Positions 29,755 through 39,768 of a DNA stretch of 64,000 nucleotides are shown here, piece by piece. The position numbers were made by a program, and so were the translations under genes. Each line of letters opens with the position of its first letter. Position 1 is the first letter of the stretch. The notes below the pieces were generated by a model, which worked only from the letters and a program-made list of their open reading frames with translations, made no database searches and was not told the DNA's origin. Origin of the DNA: Promethearchaeota archaeon (GTDB lineage: Archaea > Asgardarchaeota > Lokiarchaeia > Sigyniarchaeales > SOKP01); assembly GCA_048937405.1 (NCBI GenBank), contig JBHLNF010000005.1:192001-256000 (forward strand), written 5' to 3'.

Positions 29755-29940
29755 TCTCTTAAGATGAAATATTATTCTATATGAACTATTTATTATTTAT
29801 TTATTTTTTTCTATGATATTTTGATAATACAAGTCCTAATATTTATTACTAATTTTTTTTTGGCATTTATCAATTATTACCTAGAACAATAAAAGAAAAA
29901 TGTAATTTACTTTATTATAATTATTAGGATTTATACTATT

Positions 29941-31134
29941 ATGATTGAGAAAGTAGGATTAATCTATACTGAAGAATATCAAAAATACAATTTTGGTAAA
30001 GATCATCCCCTAAGACCTTTAAGGCTTAAACTGACCTATAGTCTTATGGAAAAGTTGAATCTCTTAAAAAATCAACGACTTTTAATCATCAACCCTCGAT
30101 TAGCTACACAGCAAGAAATTGAAAGTATTCATTCCCCAAAATATGTTGAAGCTGTCAAAAAGCTAAGTGAAAATCCTAATGATAAAAGTGTTATTCCATA
30201 TCAGTACGGCTTAGGTCCTGGAGATAATCCTATTTTTGAAGGGATGTATGAAGCATCTGCATTAGTATGTGGAGCTTCAATAGAAGCTGCTGATACCGTC
30301 TGGAATGACGAGGAGATTACGATAGCTTTTAACCCAGCGGGTGGTTTGCACCATGCAATGAAAAATAAAGCTTCAGGATTTTGTATTTTCAATGATATCG
30401 GTGTCGCTATAAATCACCTAAAGAAATTGAAAAAAGACATCAAAATTGCCTATTTAGATATTGATTGTCATCATGGAGATGGCGTTCAATGGTTATTTTA
30501 TGATGATCCAAATGTACTTACGATTTCCTATCATCAAGATGGCAAGTTTCTCTTTCCTGGGACAGGCCATATTACTGAGACGGGAGAAGGAAAAGGAAAA
30601 GGCTTCTCTGTAAATTTTCCATTATTACCTGGAACAAATAATAAGTCCTTTATAAATCTTTTTAGGAAGACTGCTCCAAAAATAATAGAAACATATTCGC
30701 CAGATATTTTAATTACTCAGCTTGGGGTGGATACCTATTTTGATGATCCTCTCACTCAAATGGGTCTTTCTCTATCAGTATATAAAGATATTGCTCAAAC
30801 GATGAAAACAATCGCACGTGAGTTTTGTCAAAACAAATGGGTCGCACTAGGGGGAGGTGGTTATTTGATGACTGTAGTTCCTAGGGCATGGACCATTTTT
30901 TTAGCGAGAATGCTGGATGTGGAAATAGAAAATGAATTACCAGATAGCTGGATTAAGGAAGTAAAGGAAAGTGCCCCTTATGAGGATACACCTTATTTAT
31001 TATGGGATCGAGGTGAAAAGGTGGAAGTTCAAATGCTCTCTCATCCTGAAATTGCTAAAAAAATAATCGATTATACAAAATCTCTAATTGAAGTCGCAAA
31101 TGAAAAATATATTCCTTATTTAAATAAAACTTAA
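29941..31134 (+). CDS. Histone deacetylase family protein (AcuC-like)
   Basis: HPLRPLR, GGLHHA, SGFC, DIDCHHGDG, FPGTG and GGGGY motifs. Confidence 0.92.
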   Translation: MIEKVGLIYTEEYQKYNFGKDHPLRPLRLKLTYSLMEKLNLLKNQRLLIINPRLATQQEIESIHSPKYVEAVKKLSENPNDKSVIPYQYGLGPGDNPIFEGMYEASALVCGASIEAADTVWNDEEITIAFNPAGGLHHAMKNKASGFCIFNDIGVAINHLKKLKKDIKIAYLDIDCHHGDGVQWLFYDDPNVLTISYHQDGKFLFPGTGHITETGEGKGKGFSVNFPLLPGTNNKSFINLFRKTAPKIIETYSPDILITQLGVDTYFDDPLTQMGLSLSVYKDIAQTMKTIAREFCQNKWVALGGGGYLMTVVPRAWTIFLARMLDVEIENELPDSWIKEVKESAPYEDTPYLLWDRGEKVEVQMLSHPEIAKKIIDYTKSLIEVANEKYIPYLNKT

Positions 31135-31290
31135 GATTTTTAAGTACTAAAAGTCCTATGTTCTTGAGATCTTTTGATACAAGTTGAGTATAAAAACAGT
31201 AAAATTATCTTTTTATAACTTACCAAGTTTTTTCTTTAAATAAATCCCAATTATATTTCAGTATAGAGAAAATATATAATATGAATAATC

Positions 31291-31446
31291 ATGGCAGGAA
31301 TACACCCGAGTTCTCCCTTAGAGTTTTGGGAAGATAGAATAAAACATCTTATCAACAAAAATAAAACGGTACAAAAAAGAAGACTTAGTATTATTAAAGA
31401 CCGAGCAAAATATGCACAAAATGAAAAAAGACAGAATAACAGATAA
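31291..31446 (+). CDS. Small basic hypothetical protein (51 aa, MAGIHPSSPLEFWEDRIKHL...)
   Basis: ATG..TAA ORF below the track cut-off; TATA-like AATATATAA about 20 nt upstream; converges on the next gene. Confidence 0.45.
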   Translation: MAGIHPSSPLEFWEDRIKHLINKNKTVQKRRLSIIKDRAKYAQNEKRQNNR

Positions 31447-31463
31447 TTCTAATCATATTTTTT

Positions 31464-31712
31464 TTATTTTATATATTTTTCTAAGAATTCCTTAATTCTT
31501 TTGAGAAGGAGATTATGGGTCTTTAGATTGTCATATTCTTTTCTATTTAACAGGTCTTCTTCTTTCACTATCATGTGAAGCCCTAAAGTTGCGAAGATGT
31601 GAAATGTAAAACGGTAAAATCCTACAGTATGTACAAACTCTTTTACTTCCTCAAAAATTTGCTGAATGAATTCTTTTTGAGCTTGTTTTACCTCATCGCT
31701 TAACGCAGTCAT
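31464..31712 (-). CDS. Hypothetical protein
   Basis: 82-aa ORF. Confidence 0.6.
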   Translation of the reverse strand: MTALSDEVKQAQKEFIQQIFEEVKEFVHTVGFYRFTFHIFATLGLHMIVKEEDLLNRKEYDNLKTHNLLLKRIKEFLEKYIK

Positions 31713-31928
31713 AATTATATATTAGTTATGAACTCTAAAGCTTAAATAAAAAAAAGAGAGCAGGTTAAGTAATAGAAAGGAATTTCAGAATAAGGTCTCT
31801 AAAAATAGATAAATTACGTTTCAACTCAAACTAATATGAATTGCAAAACTTTAAATTACTTTTCTATTATTTAAAATAATATCAATTGTTTCAAAAATCT
31901 ACAAGAATAAAAGTAGAACTTAATCCGA

Positions 31929-32402
31929 GTGAGGGTACACATGTTCTCTTTTCTAACTAATTTATTTAGATTTAAAAAAATATATTGGATTATTCAAGAA
32001 GGAAGTGGAATACTCCTTTATAAAAAAAATGGGCAGAATTCCATACAGGATAATTATGTTGGAGAGCTTCTTAGTGCATTTTATTCCCTTTCACATTTTA
32101 TTTTCAGAACCGCCCTACAATCCATAAAAATTGATAATTTTAAACTTAACATTATTAGAAGAAGAAAATTATTTTTTGTTTCTATATGCCCAGGCAGAAT
32201 GAAGAGACAAAAAATTGTTCGACGTTTATTCACAATTGCTACCTATTTTTGCTCTTTATATTCAGAAGAGGAAATAGAAAATTGGGACCATAATATAATG
32301 AAATTCCATAATTTCGATAAGGAAGTGAAGATTCATAAAGCTCAAATCATCGGAGATTTTATAAATAAATTATGGACTCATGATGTCGTGACAGTAAATT
32401 AA
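31929..32402 (+). CDS. Stand-alone longin-like domain protein
   Basis: IYWIIQEGSGILLY, GELLSAF, LQSIKID, LFFV and F..LY..I.NW...F.NF pattern of longin/sigma-like folds. Confidence 0.6.
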   Translation: MRVHMFSFLTNLFRFKKIYWIIQEGSGILLYKKNGQNSIQDNYVGELLSAFYSLSHFIFRTALQSIKIDNFKLNIIRRRKLFFVSICPGRMKRQKIVRRLFTIATYFCSLYSEEEIENWDHNIMKFHNFDKEVKIHKAQIIGDFINKLWTHDVVTVN

Positions 32403-32748
32403 ATTCTCTAATTTCATTAATTATTATTATAGATTTTCAGTGATTGTATCTTATATTCTCATAAAATATTCAAAACCCCTTTTGAATATTTTTATCTTCT
32501 TTTACTTTCTTCTGTAAAAGTTTCAGAATATTATCTATTATAACATTGAATTGCTGCTATATCTTTTAAAGCTACTAAAATTTTACTGATAAATATGGAA
32601 AATAATATTTAATTCATTATTTGAACTTAATAAAGACAAACGACTGGAGATTAACAACAAAATTTTTCAAAATTATTTGTCATTTTTTTCATGTGAAAAA
32701 AAAGGAAATTTTTAAATACTAGTTTTTGATGAACATCTAGTGTAAATA

Positions 32749-32891
32749 AAAGATCGGAATATCATGATACTAAAATATATTCTTATACCTAATGCCGTTG
32801 AATCGGCTAAATACCTCAACCCTTAACCCTGTTATTAGATAAATACGTCTCCTCTTTTTGCAATTTTGAATATCATGTTTTCCGACTCTTT
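32749..32891 (+). ncRNA. Candidate structured RNA (fold-back element) enclosing a 20-codon ORF at 32764-32826
   Basis: Interrupted ~24-bp terminal stem, internal GCCG/CGGC hairpin, upstream TTTAAATA box and downstream pyrimidine tract; strand inferred. Confidence 0.45.
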
Positions 32892-33066
32892 CTTTTCCTT
32901 ATTATAATCTATTTCGAGTTCCAATTTTTTTCTTAAACTAAATAATTCATATTAAAATTATTATCCAAGATATTTGAGAAAAAAGAAAAAAATTTATTTT
33001 TTTTAACAGTTAAACCTAAGCAAAAATGGTTATTGTTGATTTTTAAGCCTATTTCATCCAAAATCA

Positions 33067-34608
33067 TTATCTCAAAATTATTTTTTGAAGCTTAATATTT
33101 TTTCGAACAATTTCATCCTCAAATAAAGGATCAGTAAAGGAGATCTGACAAGTAAAGGTAATTGATCCTTCCGATTTAATTGAATAGTGATAAGCTGTTT
33201 CTAATCTTTCATGTAAATCGGAAGATTTAACTTTTTTTTCTTTAAAAATTTGCTCGAGTCTTTTTTTTGGTTTCCATACTAATTCAAATTCAAAATCTTG
33301 GAGCACAAAATTACTTTGATTCTCGATCTCTAATATGAAATCTAACACTTGATTTTCTATTTCATAAATAGTATTAAATTTCAGATATTTGAGTATATAC
33401 TCAGAGATCATATCTGAGACAAAATCATCAAGCCTTAGAATCCCCTCATATATCTCTGGATCTTTAATTAGATTTCCGATGTTTTTTATAACTTCCGTTA
33501 AAGTATAAGGTGTTTCATTAATTTCCTCTGGTTTTAGAATATGGAGTCCAAAGATATATGACAGTAAATAAGTTTTAAATTCTAAAAGTTCCAATTTAAG
33601 CTCTTTTGATAGGTCGTGAGCTCGTGAAAAGATTCGAAAATAGAAGTAATAGTTTCTATCAGATATTCCTTCTGTATAAAATGCAGAAATATCACTTTTT
33701 ATATTAAATATTTCACAGGAGACAATGAATAGCTGAATAACTTCAAGTAAAGATAAAGAAATCCGATATCGATTAAGTAATTTCAGTATATTGCAATAAT
33801 TTTTCAGTAAAACCAATAATTTTTTTTTTTTAGTTATATGAGAAAGGGATGAAAGTGATAACTCTAAGTGTTTTTTTACATTAAATTTTTTATCCTGAAT
33901 CGAAATATCATAAGATTGGAGTTTCAAATTTTTTATTTTTTCTATGAATTTTATATTAAATATGGTACTAAGTAGTAAAGCTAAACCAATTAAAATGTCT
34001 TGGTTATTACTTATTTTTGATATGGTAATTGAAGATGTAAGATAGGAATAAAACCACTCTACAGTTGCTAGATATTCAAGATAATTGTTATTGATTAGTT
34101 CAAGTGGGATATGAAACTCTTTTCTGACTCTCTCACACCCTAATCTTTCAGTTAAATTGAATGAAAGCTCTTTCTTTATTAAAATAGTATAGGGATATTT
34201 GTGATATATTCCTAATGTATTGCTAATATGTTGCTGTATTTTACTGAACTCTCTCTGAATTCTTACTGTATCATCCAGCATATCAGTTCGTTCTTTTTTG
34301 GGAAGTTGATATTTTACAGTGGTTGATTTATCCAGTTTTTTTAGAAATTTCGGAGTTGGTTCATAGTTTCTACCACCTTCTCGTTCTCCATTTCGATTAA
34401 AAAAGTAGATCATCAATGTATCTCCATGGTCAGAGACAACTAAATATACAATTGGTCCAATGGTTCGCATTTGAAACTCAGGAAGTATACCTAAAGAAAA
34501 GACACTTTTACTTTTTATACGTAAGACCTTCACAGATTTAGGTCTCTTTTCTTTATATTCCCAATTGGCAAAATGCACTACTTTTTTAAAGGTGTCTCGC
34601 AGTTCCAT
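33067..34608 (-). CDS. Hypothetical protein with a C-terminal beta-sandwich-like domain
   Basis: 513-aa ORF; C-terminal LEIENQSNFVLQDF..FTCQISFTD alternating beta pattern. Confidence 0.6.
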   Translation of the reverse strand: MELRDTFKKVVHFANWEYKEKRPKSVKVLRIKSKSVFSLGILPEFQMRTIGPIVYLVVSDHGDTLMIYFFNRNGEREGGRNYEPTPKFLKKLDKSTTVKYQLPKKERTDMLDDTVRIQREFSKIQQHISNTLGIYHKYPYTILIKKELSFNLTERLGCERVRKEFHIPLELINNNYLEYLATVEWFYSYLTSSITISKISNNQDILIGLALLLSTIFNIKFIEKIKNLKLQSYDISIQDKKFNVKKHLELSLSSLSHITKKKKLLVLLKNYCNILKLLNRYRISLSLLEVIQLFIVSCEIFNIKSDISAFYTEGISDRNYYFYFRIFSRAHDLSKELKLELLEFKTYLLSYIFGLHILKPEEINETPYTLTEVIKNIGNLIKDPEIYEGILRLDDFVSDMISEYILKYLKFNTIYEIENQVLDFILEIENQSNFVLQDFEFELVWKPKKRLEQIFKEKKVKSSDLHERLETAYHYSIKSEGSITFTCQISFTDPLFEDEIVRKNIKLQKIILR

Positions 34609-34626
34609 GAGTATTTGTTAAATAAA

Positions 34627-35766
34627 TTAAATAATGAGTGGATCTTTAGGAACATAGGTAACTTGTTCACATTTTTCTTTCCCAATGATGATATCATCTT
34701 CTAATCTGATACCCCATTTCCCAATCCAATATAGTCCTGGTTCATTTGTATATACCATATTCTCCTTGAGTTTAGTATGTTCGGGAGCTGAGGAACTTAC
34801 TCGAGGACCAACACCATGAGCTTCAAAATCCAGTGCGTGTCCTAATCCATGGAAGAACAACTTTTCATGATCATAACCTTTACTAGCAAGATATTCACGA
34901 CATTTTATTGCAGGTAATCGACTGGGAGTATCGTCAGTATAATACTTATTTGCAATTTCTTTCGATTCATACAGAGTTTTATATGCTTTTATGAATTCTT
35001 CTGAGGGATTATTGCCTACCCAATATGTCCAAGTAATATCAGAACACATCTCATCTATTTGCATACCAGTATCAATAAGAAGTGGTCCAGGAATTATTTT
35101 TTTGTTAGAAGAATTATGATGTGGATCAGCAGAATGCTCTCCAGTACCTATAATTGCCGGAAAAGCGGATCTACCAACTCTTGCGTATTCATATTCTAAT
35201 TTTGCCATTAGTTCTCGTTCTGTCATACCCACTTTTGCAAAATCTGGAACTTTTTCCAATAATTCAATGGTAGCTTTGCATACATTCCGTAAATCCTTCA
35301 ATTCTTCTTGAGATTTAATACATCTAAGTTCATATATGATAGGAGCTGCTGAAATAAATTCGGTTTGAGAAGCTATCTTTTTTATTGCTAAATATGTTCC
35401 ATAAGGTATGTAATCTGCATATGAAGTAGTATTAACTTTAAAAATATTCTCCCCAAAATTAAGTGCTATTTTAGGTGTGTTTATTAAAGGTGATAATTTG
35501 TCAATAAAATCCTTCGTCGAATTAAAGGGGATTACTTCTGCGTTGATTTCCTTTTTTTTAAGGGAATTTCTTACCATATTTGATTCCATAACTATTGTAA
35601 GAACTTTATGGTTCCCATCAGCAGCAATAAAAATCGCATGAAGGGCGTGAGAATCAACTCCTAATAAATATCGAGAATGAATATCATTATCTTCATTACA
35701 TACTATTAACCAACCATTTGCATTTAATTTTTGAAGTACTTGTTGAGCTTTTTCAAATTTATTCAT
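34627..35766 (-). CDS. M24 family Xaa-Pro peptidase
   Basis: PHH, IDTG..SDITWT, HGLGH, NEPGLY and GIRLED motifs. Confidence 0.9.
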   Translation of the reverse strand: MNKFEKAQQVLQKLNANGWLIVCNEDNDIHSRYLLGVDSHALHAIFIAADGNHKVLTIVMESNMVRNSLKKKEINAEVIPFNSTKDFIDKLSPLINTPKIALNFGENIFKVNTTSYADYIPYGTYLAIKKIASQTEFISAAPIIYELRCIKSQEELKDLRNVCKATIELLEKVPDFAKVGMTERELMAKLEYEYARVGRSAFPAIIGTGEHSADPHHNSSNKKIIPGPLLIDTGMQIDEMCSDITWTYWVGNNPSEEFIKAYKTLYESKEIANKYYTDDTPSRLPAIKCREYLASKGYDHEKLFFHGLGHALDFEAHGVGPRVSSSAPEHTKLKENMVYTNEPGLYWIGKWGIRLEDDIIIGKEKCEQVTYVPKDPLII

Positions 35767-36004
35767 AATTCATATCATTTAATTGATTTTAGTTAAGTAA
35801 GGCATAATTTAATAAAAATTATTATTCAAATAAAGTGATATATCCTGATTTATGAATTTAATATTTGCGATGTATCACTAAAACTAAAAAAATATTATCA
35901 TTAATTTTTTTCTTAAAGAAGATAGAATAATAAAAATATTTATTTTAGCGACGTTCATTAATTATTAAAAAGAAACAAAATTTTTCAAAAGGATAAGATT
36001 TGAA

Positions 36005-36457
36005 ATGACGGATGTAAAAAAGCTCCAATTAAGAACCGGTGCAGAAGTAGATTTTGATAAAAAAGCACCAAATACTCTTTTTGAGATGATTATTAGTGAG
36101 ATTTTAATTCCTAAATATAAGGAAAATGCTGATTGGAATTTAAGTTTAAATATTATTATTGAAGAGATGAATTATCTTATAAAAAAATATGACTTAAATC
36201 CCAAATTGAAAATTGGTCTACTAAATGATGTTGAAGAACATTTAGATAAAGATATTGAGGAATTAACAGGTGTAGATAAGATTGAGATTTTGTTTTTAGG
36301 TATGGATGATTATGTTGAAGATATAAGAAAATTAATATTAGCAGGTAAAGATAAAGAAGAACTCCGAACAAGCATGGCTCAATTGATTATGCCATTGACA
36401 ATTTTTGAATTATCAGAGCTTTTTATTTATTTAGGAAAAAGAACTTTTTTAAAATAA
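36005..36457 (+). CDS. Hypothetical acidic helical protein
   Basis: 150-aa ORF. Confidence 0.6.
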   Translation: MTDVKKLQLRTGAEVDFDKKAPNTLFEMIISEILIPKYKENADWNLSLNIIIEEMNYLIKKYDLNPKLKIGLLNDVEEHLDKDIEELTGVDKIEILFLGMDDYVEDIRKLILAGKDKEELRTSMAQLIMPLTIFELSELFIYLGKRTFLK

Positions 36458-36513
36458 ATATTTTTTATCTTTTTTTAGCCCCCTTCAATCTTTCATTCTC
36501 ATATAGTTATATA

Positions 36514-37314
36514 CTAATCAATATTTGCTTCTTTCGCAGTTTTATAAAGGTAATCAAAATAATACAATGATGCAGGTCCAAAAGCTACATGATCTGTTAA
36601 AATACCAAAATAGGACATTTTTTGGGGAAAGAAACTCTCTGAAAGTACAATAAACGCATCTTCTCCCTCATCGATAATTACTGCACTACCAAATACTTGA
36701 TCTCTCCATCGTATTTCACATAGCGAATCATATTTTTTAATCAAGGGTTGGAATTCTTTATCTTCCAATGCTTCAGCTTCAAGTAAAAGTCTTAAATCAG
36801 TCACCCCACGAGCTCTAGCTTTTTTTATATCATCATAAAAAACTTCTAAAAATTCATATTTATTTGAAACAATATAAATAGATGTTTTTGCCAAATTAAT
36901 TAAGGATAAGGCTTTATTGATACATACATCCCTACCACGATGAATATATAGTGCGATCTTAATTGGTGTATCATGTGATTGATAAATAGGTGATAATGTA
37001 TGGATGATTTTATTTGAGTGTTCATAAAAACTGTCACTATATTGTTTTTTAGCAATAACTAAGGCCTCATCCGGTGATTTAGCAAAGTATCGAGATGGAC
37101 GACTCTCTTCTTCCTTGATTATCCACATTTTCTCTTTTTCGAGTTGAGTTAGAATATTATATATTCTTGAATATGGTACTCCAGAAGCTTCAGAAAGTTC
37201 TCTAGCATCCATAGGTCCTTTACTTATTAGTGTAAGATATATTGAAATCTCATAATCGGTAAGACCAATAGACCTTAAAGACTCTTTTACATTTTCTGGA
37301 ATTTCATTTGACAT
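36514..37314 (-). CDS. TrmB family transcriptional regulator
   Basis: LRSIGLTDYE..YLTL..G...ARELSEASGVPYSRIY winged HTH plus a PLD-like effector domain. Confidence 0.9.
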   Translation of the reverse strand: MSNEIPENVKESLRSIGLTDYEISIYLTLISKGPMDARELSEASGVPYSRIYNILTQLEKEKMWIIKEEESRPSRYFAKSPDEALVIAKKQYSDSFYEHSNKIIHTLSPIYQSHDTPIKIALYIHRGRDVCINKALSLINLAKTSIYIVSNKYEFLEVFYDDIKKARARGVTDLRLLLEAEALEDKEFQPLIKKYDSLCEIRWRDQVFGSAVIIDEGEDAFIVLSESFFPQKMSYFGILTDHVAFGPASLYYFDYLYKTAKEANID

Positions 37315-37709
37315 AATATTTCTATTTTGATTATTTTTATATTGTAATTAATGAATTTATGAATTAATAAGAATGTTAATATTATTTTTCTTTAAGAAAA
37401 TTAAAATGATCTTACAAAATTAAGGAAAATAATGATAATTCTATTACTTACAATTAATTATTAAACTCTTATCTTTATGTATGTTTTTAAAAATTATTGA
37501 AAAAAGTAAAATAATAACAAATTATTAATAGATTGATAAGACTCAATACGGATTTTTCAACATTGGATTTAAAATTATATACACATTATTACTAAAAGAG
37601 AATAAAATTATAGATTTAATTAAAAGAAATTTAATAAATTATAAATCATATTTAATAATTAAGAAATATTTTTTTTTAAAAAGAATCAAAAAACGTAATT
37701 TGTGATTAA

Positions 37710-38129
37710 ATGGATATTGTCGATCTTAAAATATTAGAATTATTAAAAGAAAATAGTAGGATGTCATTTAATGATATTTCTCAAAATGTAGGTAAAACAG
37801 AAGCAACTATTAGAAGAAGAGTAAAAAGACTAACAGAAGAAGGAATTATTAAAAAATTTACTATAGATTTTAATATTGATAATAAACCACGAACGAGAGC
37901 TACTGTAAAAGTTGAACCCGATTTTAAGGAGATTAAAAGAATTTTGAAAGAATTATTAGATATTGAAGAGATTACGGATATTTGGAGACTTTCAGGTGAT
38001 TGTGGATTATTCATGAAAGTTGAGATACCTTCTATTGAGCAATTTAATCCTTTAATTGAAGAAAAGATTTCTCAAATAAAAGGAGTAAAGATTGTGGAAA
38101 CTTGCTTTATCACAGATGTGATAAAATAA
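37710..38129 (+). CDS. Lrp/AsnC family transcriptional regulator
   Basis: DLKILELLKENSRMSF..TIRRRVKRL HTH plus RAM domain. Confidence 0.92.
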   Translation: MDIVDLKILELLKENSRMSFNDISQNVGKTEATIRRRVKRLTEEGIIKKFTIDFNIDNKPRTRATVKVEPDFKEIKRILKELLDIEEITDIWRLSGDCGLFMKVEIPSIEQFNPLIEEKISQIKGVKIVETCFITDVIK

Positions 38130-38218
38130 TTTTTTTGGGATGTTTCATAATTGTAATCATTAAATCAAGGTCTAAACCACATGATTTGAGTATTTAGAAT
38201 ATTGATTTTTATTCTCAC

Positions 38219-39604
38219 TTATTTATCTAAGAGTTTATCAATGATGTTTATTCTTTTCTTTGTTTTCTTTAAATCACTTTGAAGTTTTTTTGAGCGTTTA
38301 GCATATTCCTCATCATTTAGTTTTCCGGAAGAGTGTTTTTTGTCGATAAATTCCATTAAATCCTGAACAGAAGTCAGTTTTGTTTCTAATCCCTCTTTTT
38401 CAGATTCTAAATCATTTTTAGACTTGTCCTTCTTTTTAAATTTAGGAGAAGATTCTATAGCTTTTTCTAAATCAGTTTCGTCCTTTTTAAGGCTTTTTGG
38501 TTTTGGTGGTAAATCGGTTAAAGTCGTATCATCTAATCCTTCAAAGATATCTGTTTTCCCTTTATCTTTTTTTTCAATAACAGATATTTTTTCCTGTTCT
38601 AGCGAAGATGCAGCTTGAATCGAATCAGACCTAATAGAAGTTTCTAATTCTTCAACATGAGAAGTCATTTCTTCTGATTCTATTGTTTTAGCTACTAATT
38701 TATCAATAGTTGATTTTATTGAATTAATTTGAGTTTGAAGGATTTTTAATAGTTTTGCTAATTCACTATTATTAGAGATTTTCATTGAAATATCAACATC
38801 GATAGAAGCTGTTCCGGAAGAGATAATTGATGGGATTATGTTTTGTTGAACAGATGCTTGTGTTGAATCTATACGGGTTTGAGTAGTAGGGATCGGAATA
38901 TCCGAATTTGTTCTTAATTCCATTCGAAAATCGGAAATTAACCATTTAAATAAATTTAAAGCTAATTGGGGGTTATCATTACATTGAAATCCACCACCTA
39001 CTTTATCTCTAAACATTTCATAACTCCCAATACAACAGACTCTTCCATTTTCTGGTTCTGAGACACAGATAAGAGGACAAGAGAATGGTTCTGATGTTTC
39101 ATTTGAATCTGCTATTGAAAAAGCACCAGTTCCAATAATAGAAAGAGAAGATCCTGATCTATAGCATAATGTAGCTATTCCTGCTGTAATTGGGTGGGGT
39201 ATATTAAATGAAGAAATTAAAGGAATATTCTCTAATCCTAAATTTAACCGATCATCTAAAACCTGGTCGTTTTCAAAGGCAATACCAAATTGATCCGAAA
39301 TTTCTGAGAGATTACTCCCACGTCCTCTATCTCCCCCAGCATGAGATAATAATAATAATCCTCCCCCGGAATTTTTAACCCAATTTGCAATAGCATTTAT
39401 TTCTAGGGAGGAAATTCTGGAGAAATCAGGGCAAACAAAAACAAGAATGTCATATGGCATTAAACTCTCTTCTGTAATTGGAACTTCCAGAAAATTATAA
39501 CACATAAAATCATTAGAATTTAAATAATCTCGAAGTTCAGTAAGATTTTCATCAATCTTGCCTCTTGGCTTATGAGAAATATCAAAAGCAATATGATATG
39601 GCAT
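38219..39604 (-). CDS. GIFT (GldG/IFT52-like) domain protein with C-terminal coiled coils
   Basis: IAFDISH, GGGLLLL..GG, FGIAFEND and GRVCCIGS.EMF.D..N..L..NLFKWL; no signal peptide. Confidence 0.65.
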   Translation of the reverse strand: MPYHIAFDISHKPRGKIDENLTELRDYLNSNDFMCYNFLEVPITEESLMPYDILVFVCPDFSRISSLEINAIANWVKNSGGGLLLLSHAGGDRGRGSNLSEISDQFGIAFENDQVLDDRLNLGLENIPLISSFNIPHPITAGIATLCYRSGSSLSIIGTGAFSIADSNETSEPFSCPLICVSEPENGRVCCIGSYEMFRDKVGGGFQCNDNPQLALNLFKWLISDFRMELRTNSDIPIPTTQTRIDSTQASVQQNIIPSIISSGTASIDVDISMKISNNSELAKLLKILQTQINSIKSTIDKLVAKTIESEEMTSHVEELETSIRSDSIQAASSLEQEKISVIEKKDKGKTDIFEGLDDTTLTDLPPKPKSLKKDETDLEKAIESSPKFKKKDKSKNDLESEKEGLETKLTSVQDLMEFIDKKHSSGKLNDEEYAKRSKKLQSDLKKTKKRINIIDKLLDK

Positions 39605-39768
39605 TTTAAATCAATATTATATTATTTAATATTTTTATTTCTTCAAATTCTTGTAATTACTGAGTAGTATTTTAATATTTCTATAATTAATATTTAACTA
39701 TATTACATAGAAGTTATAAATCACTATTCTCTAATCTAGTCTTGAATCTGAAAAGATAACAGAATCAT

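Noticed and set aside
32403-32700. Possible degraded ORF on the minus strand
   Set aside because: Short open stretches with several stops and no recognisable homology
32816-32830. TCAACCCTTAACCCT resembles a telomerase RNA template
   Set aside because: Only a short imperfect repeat; no reverse transcriptase in the window; it can be explained as the end of the small ORF
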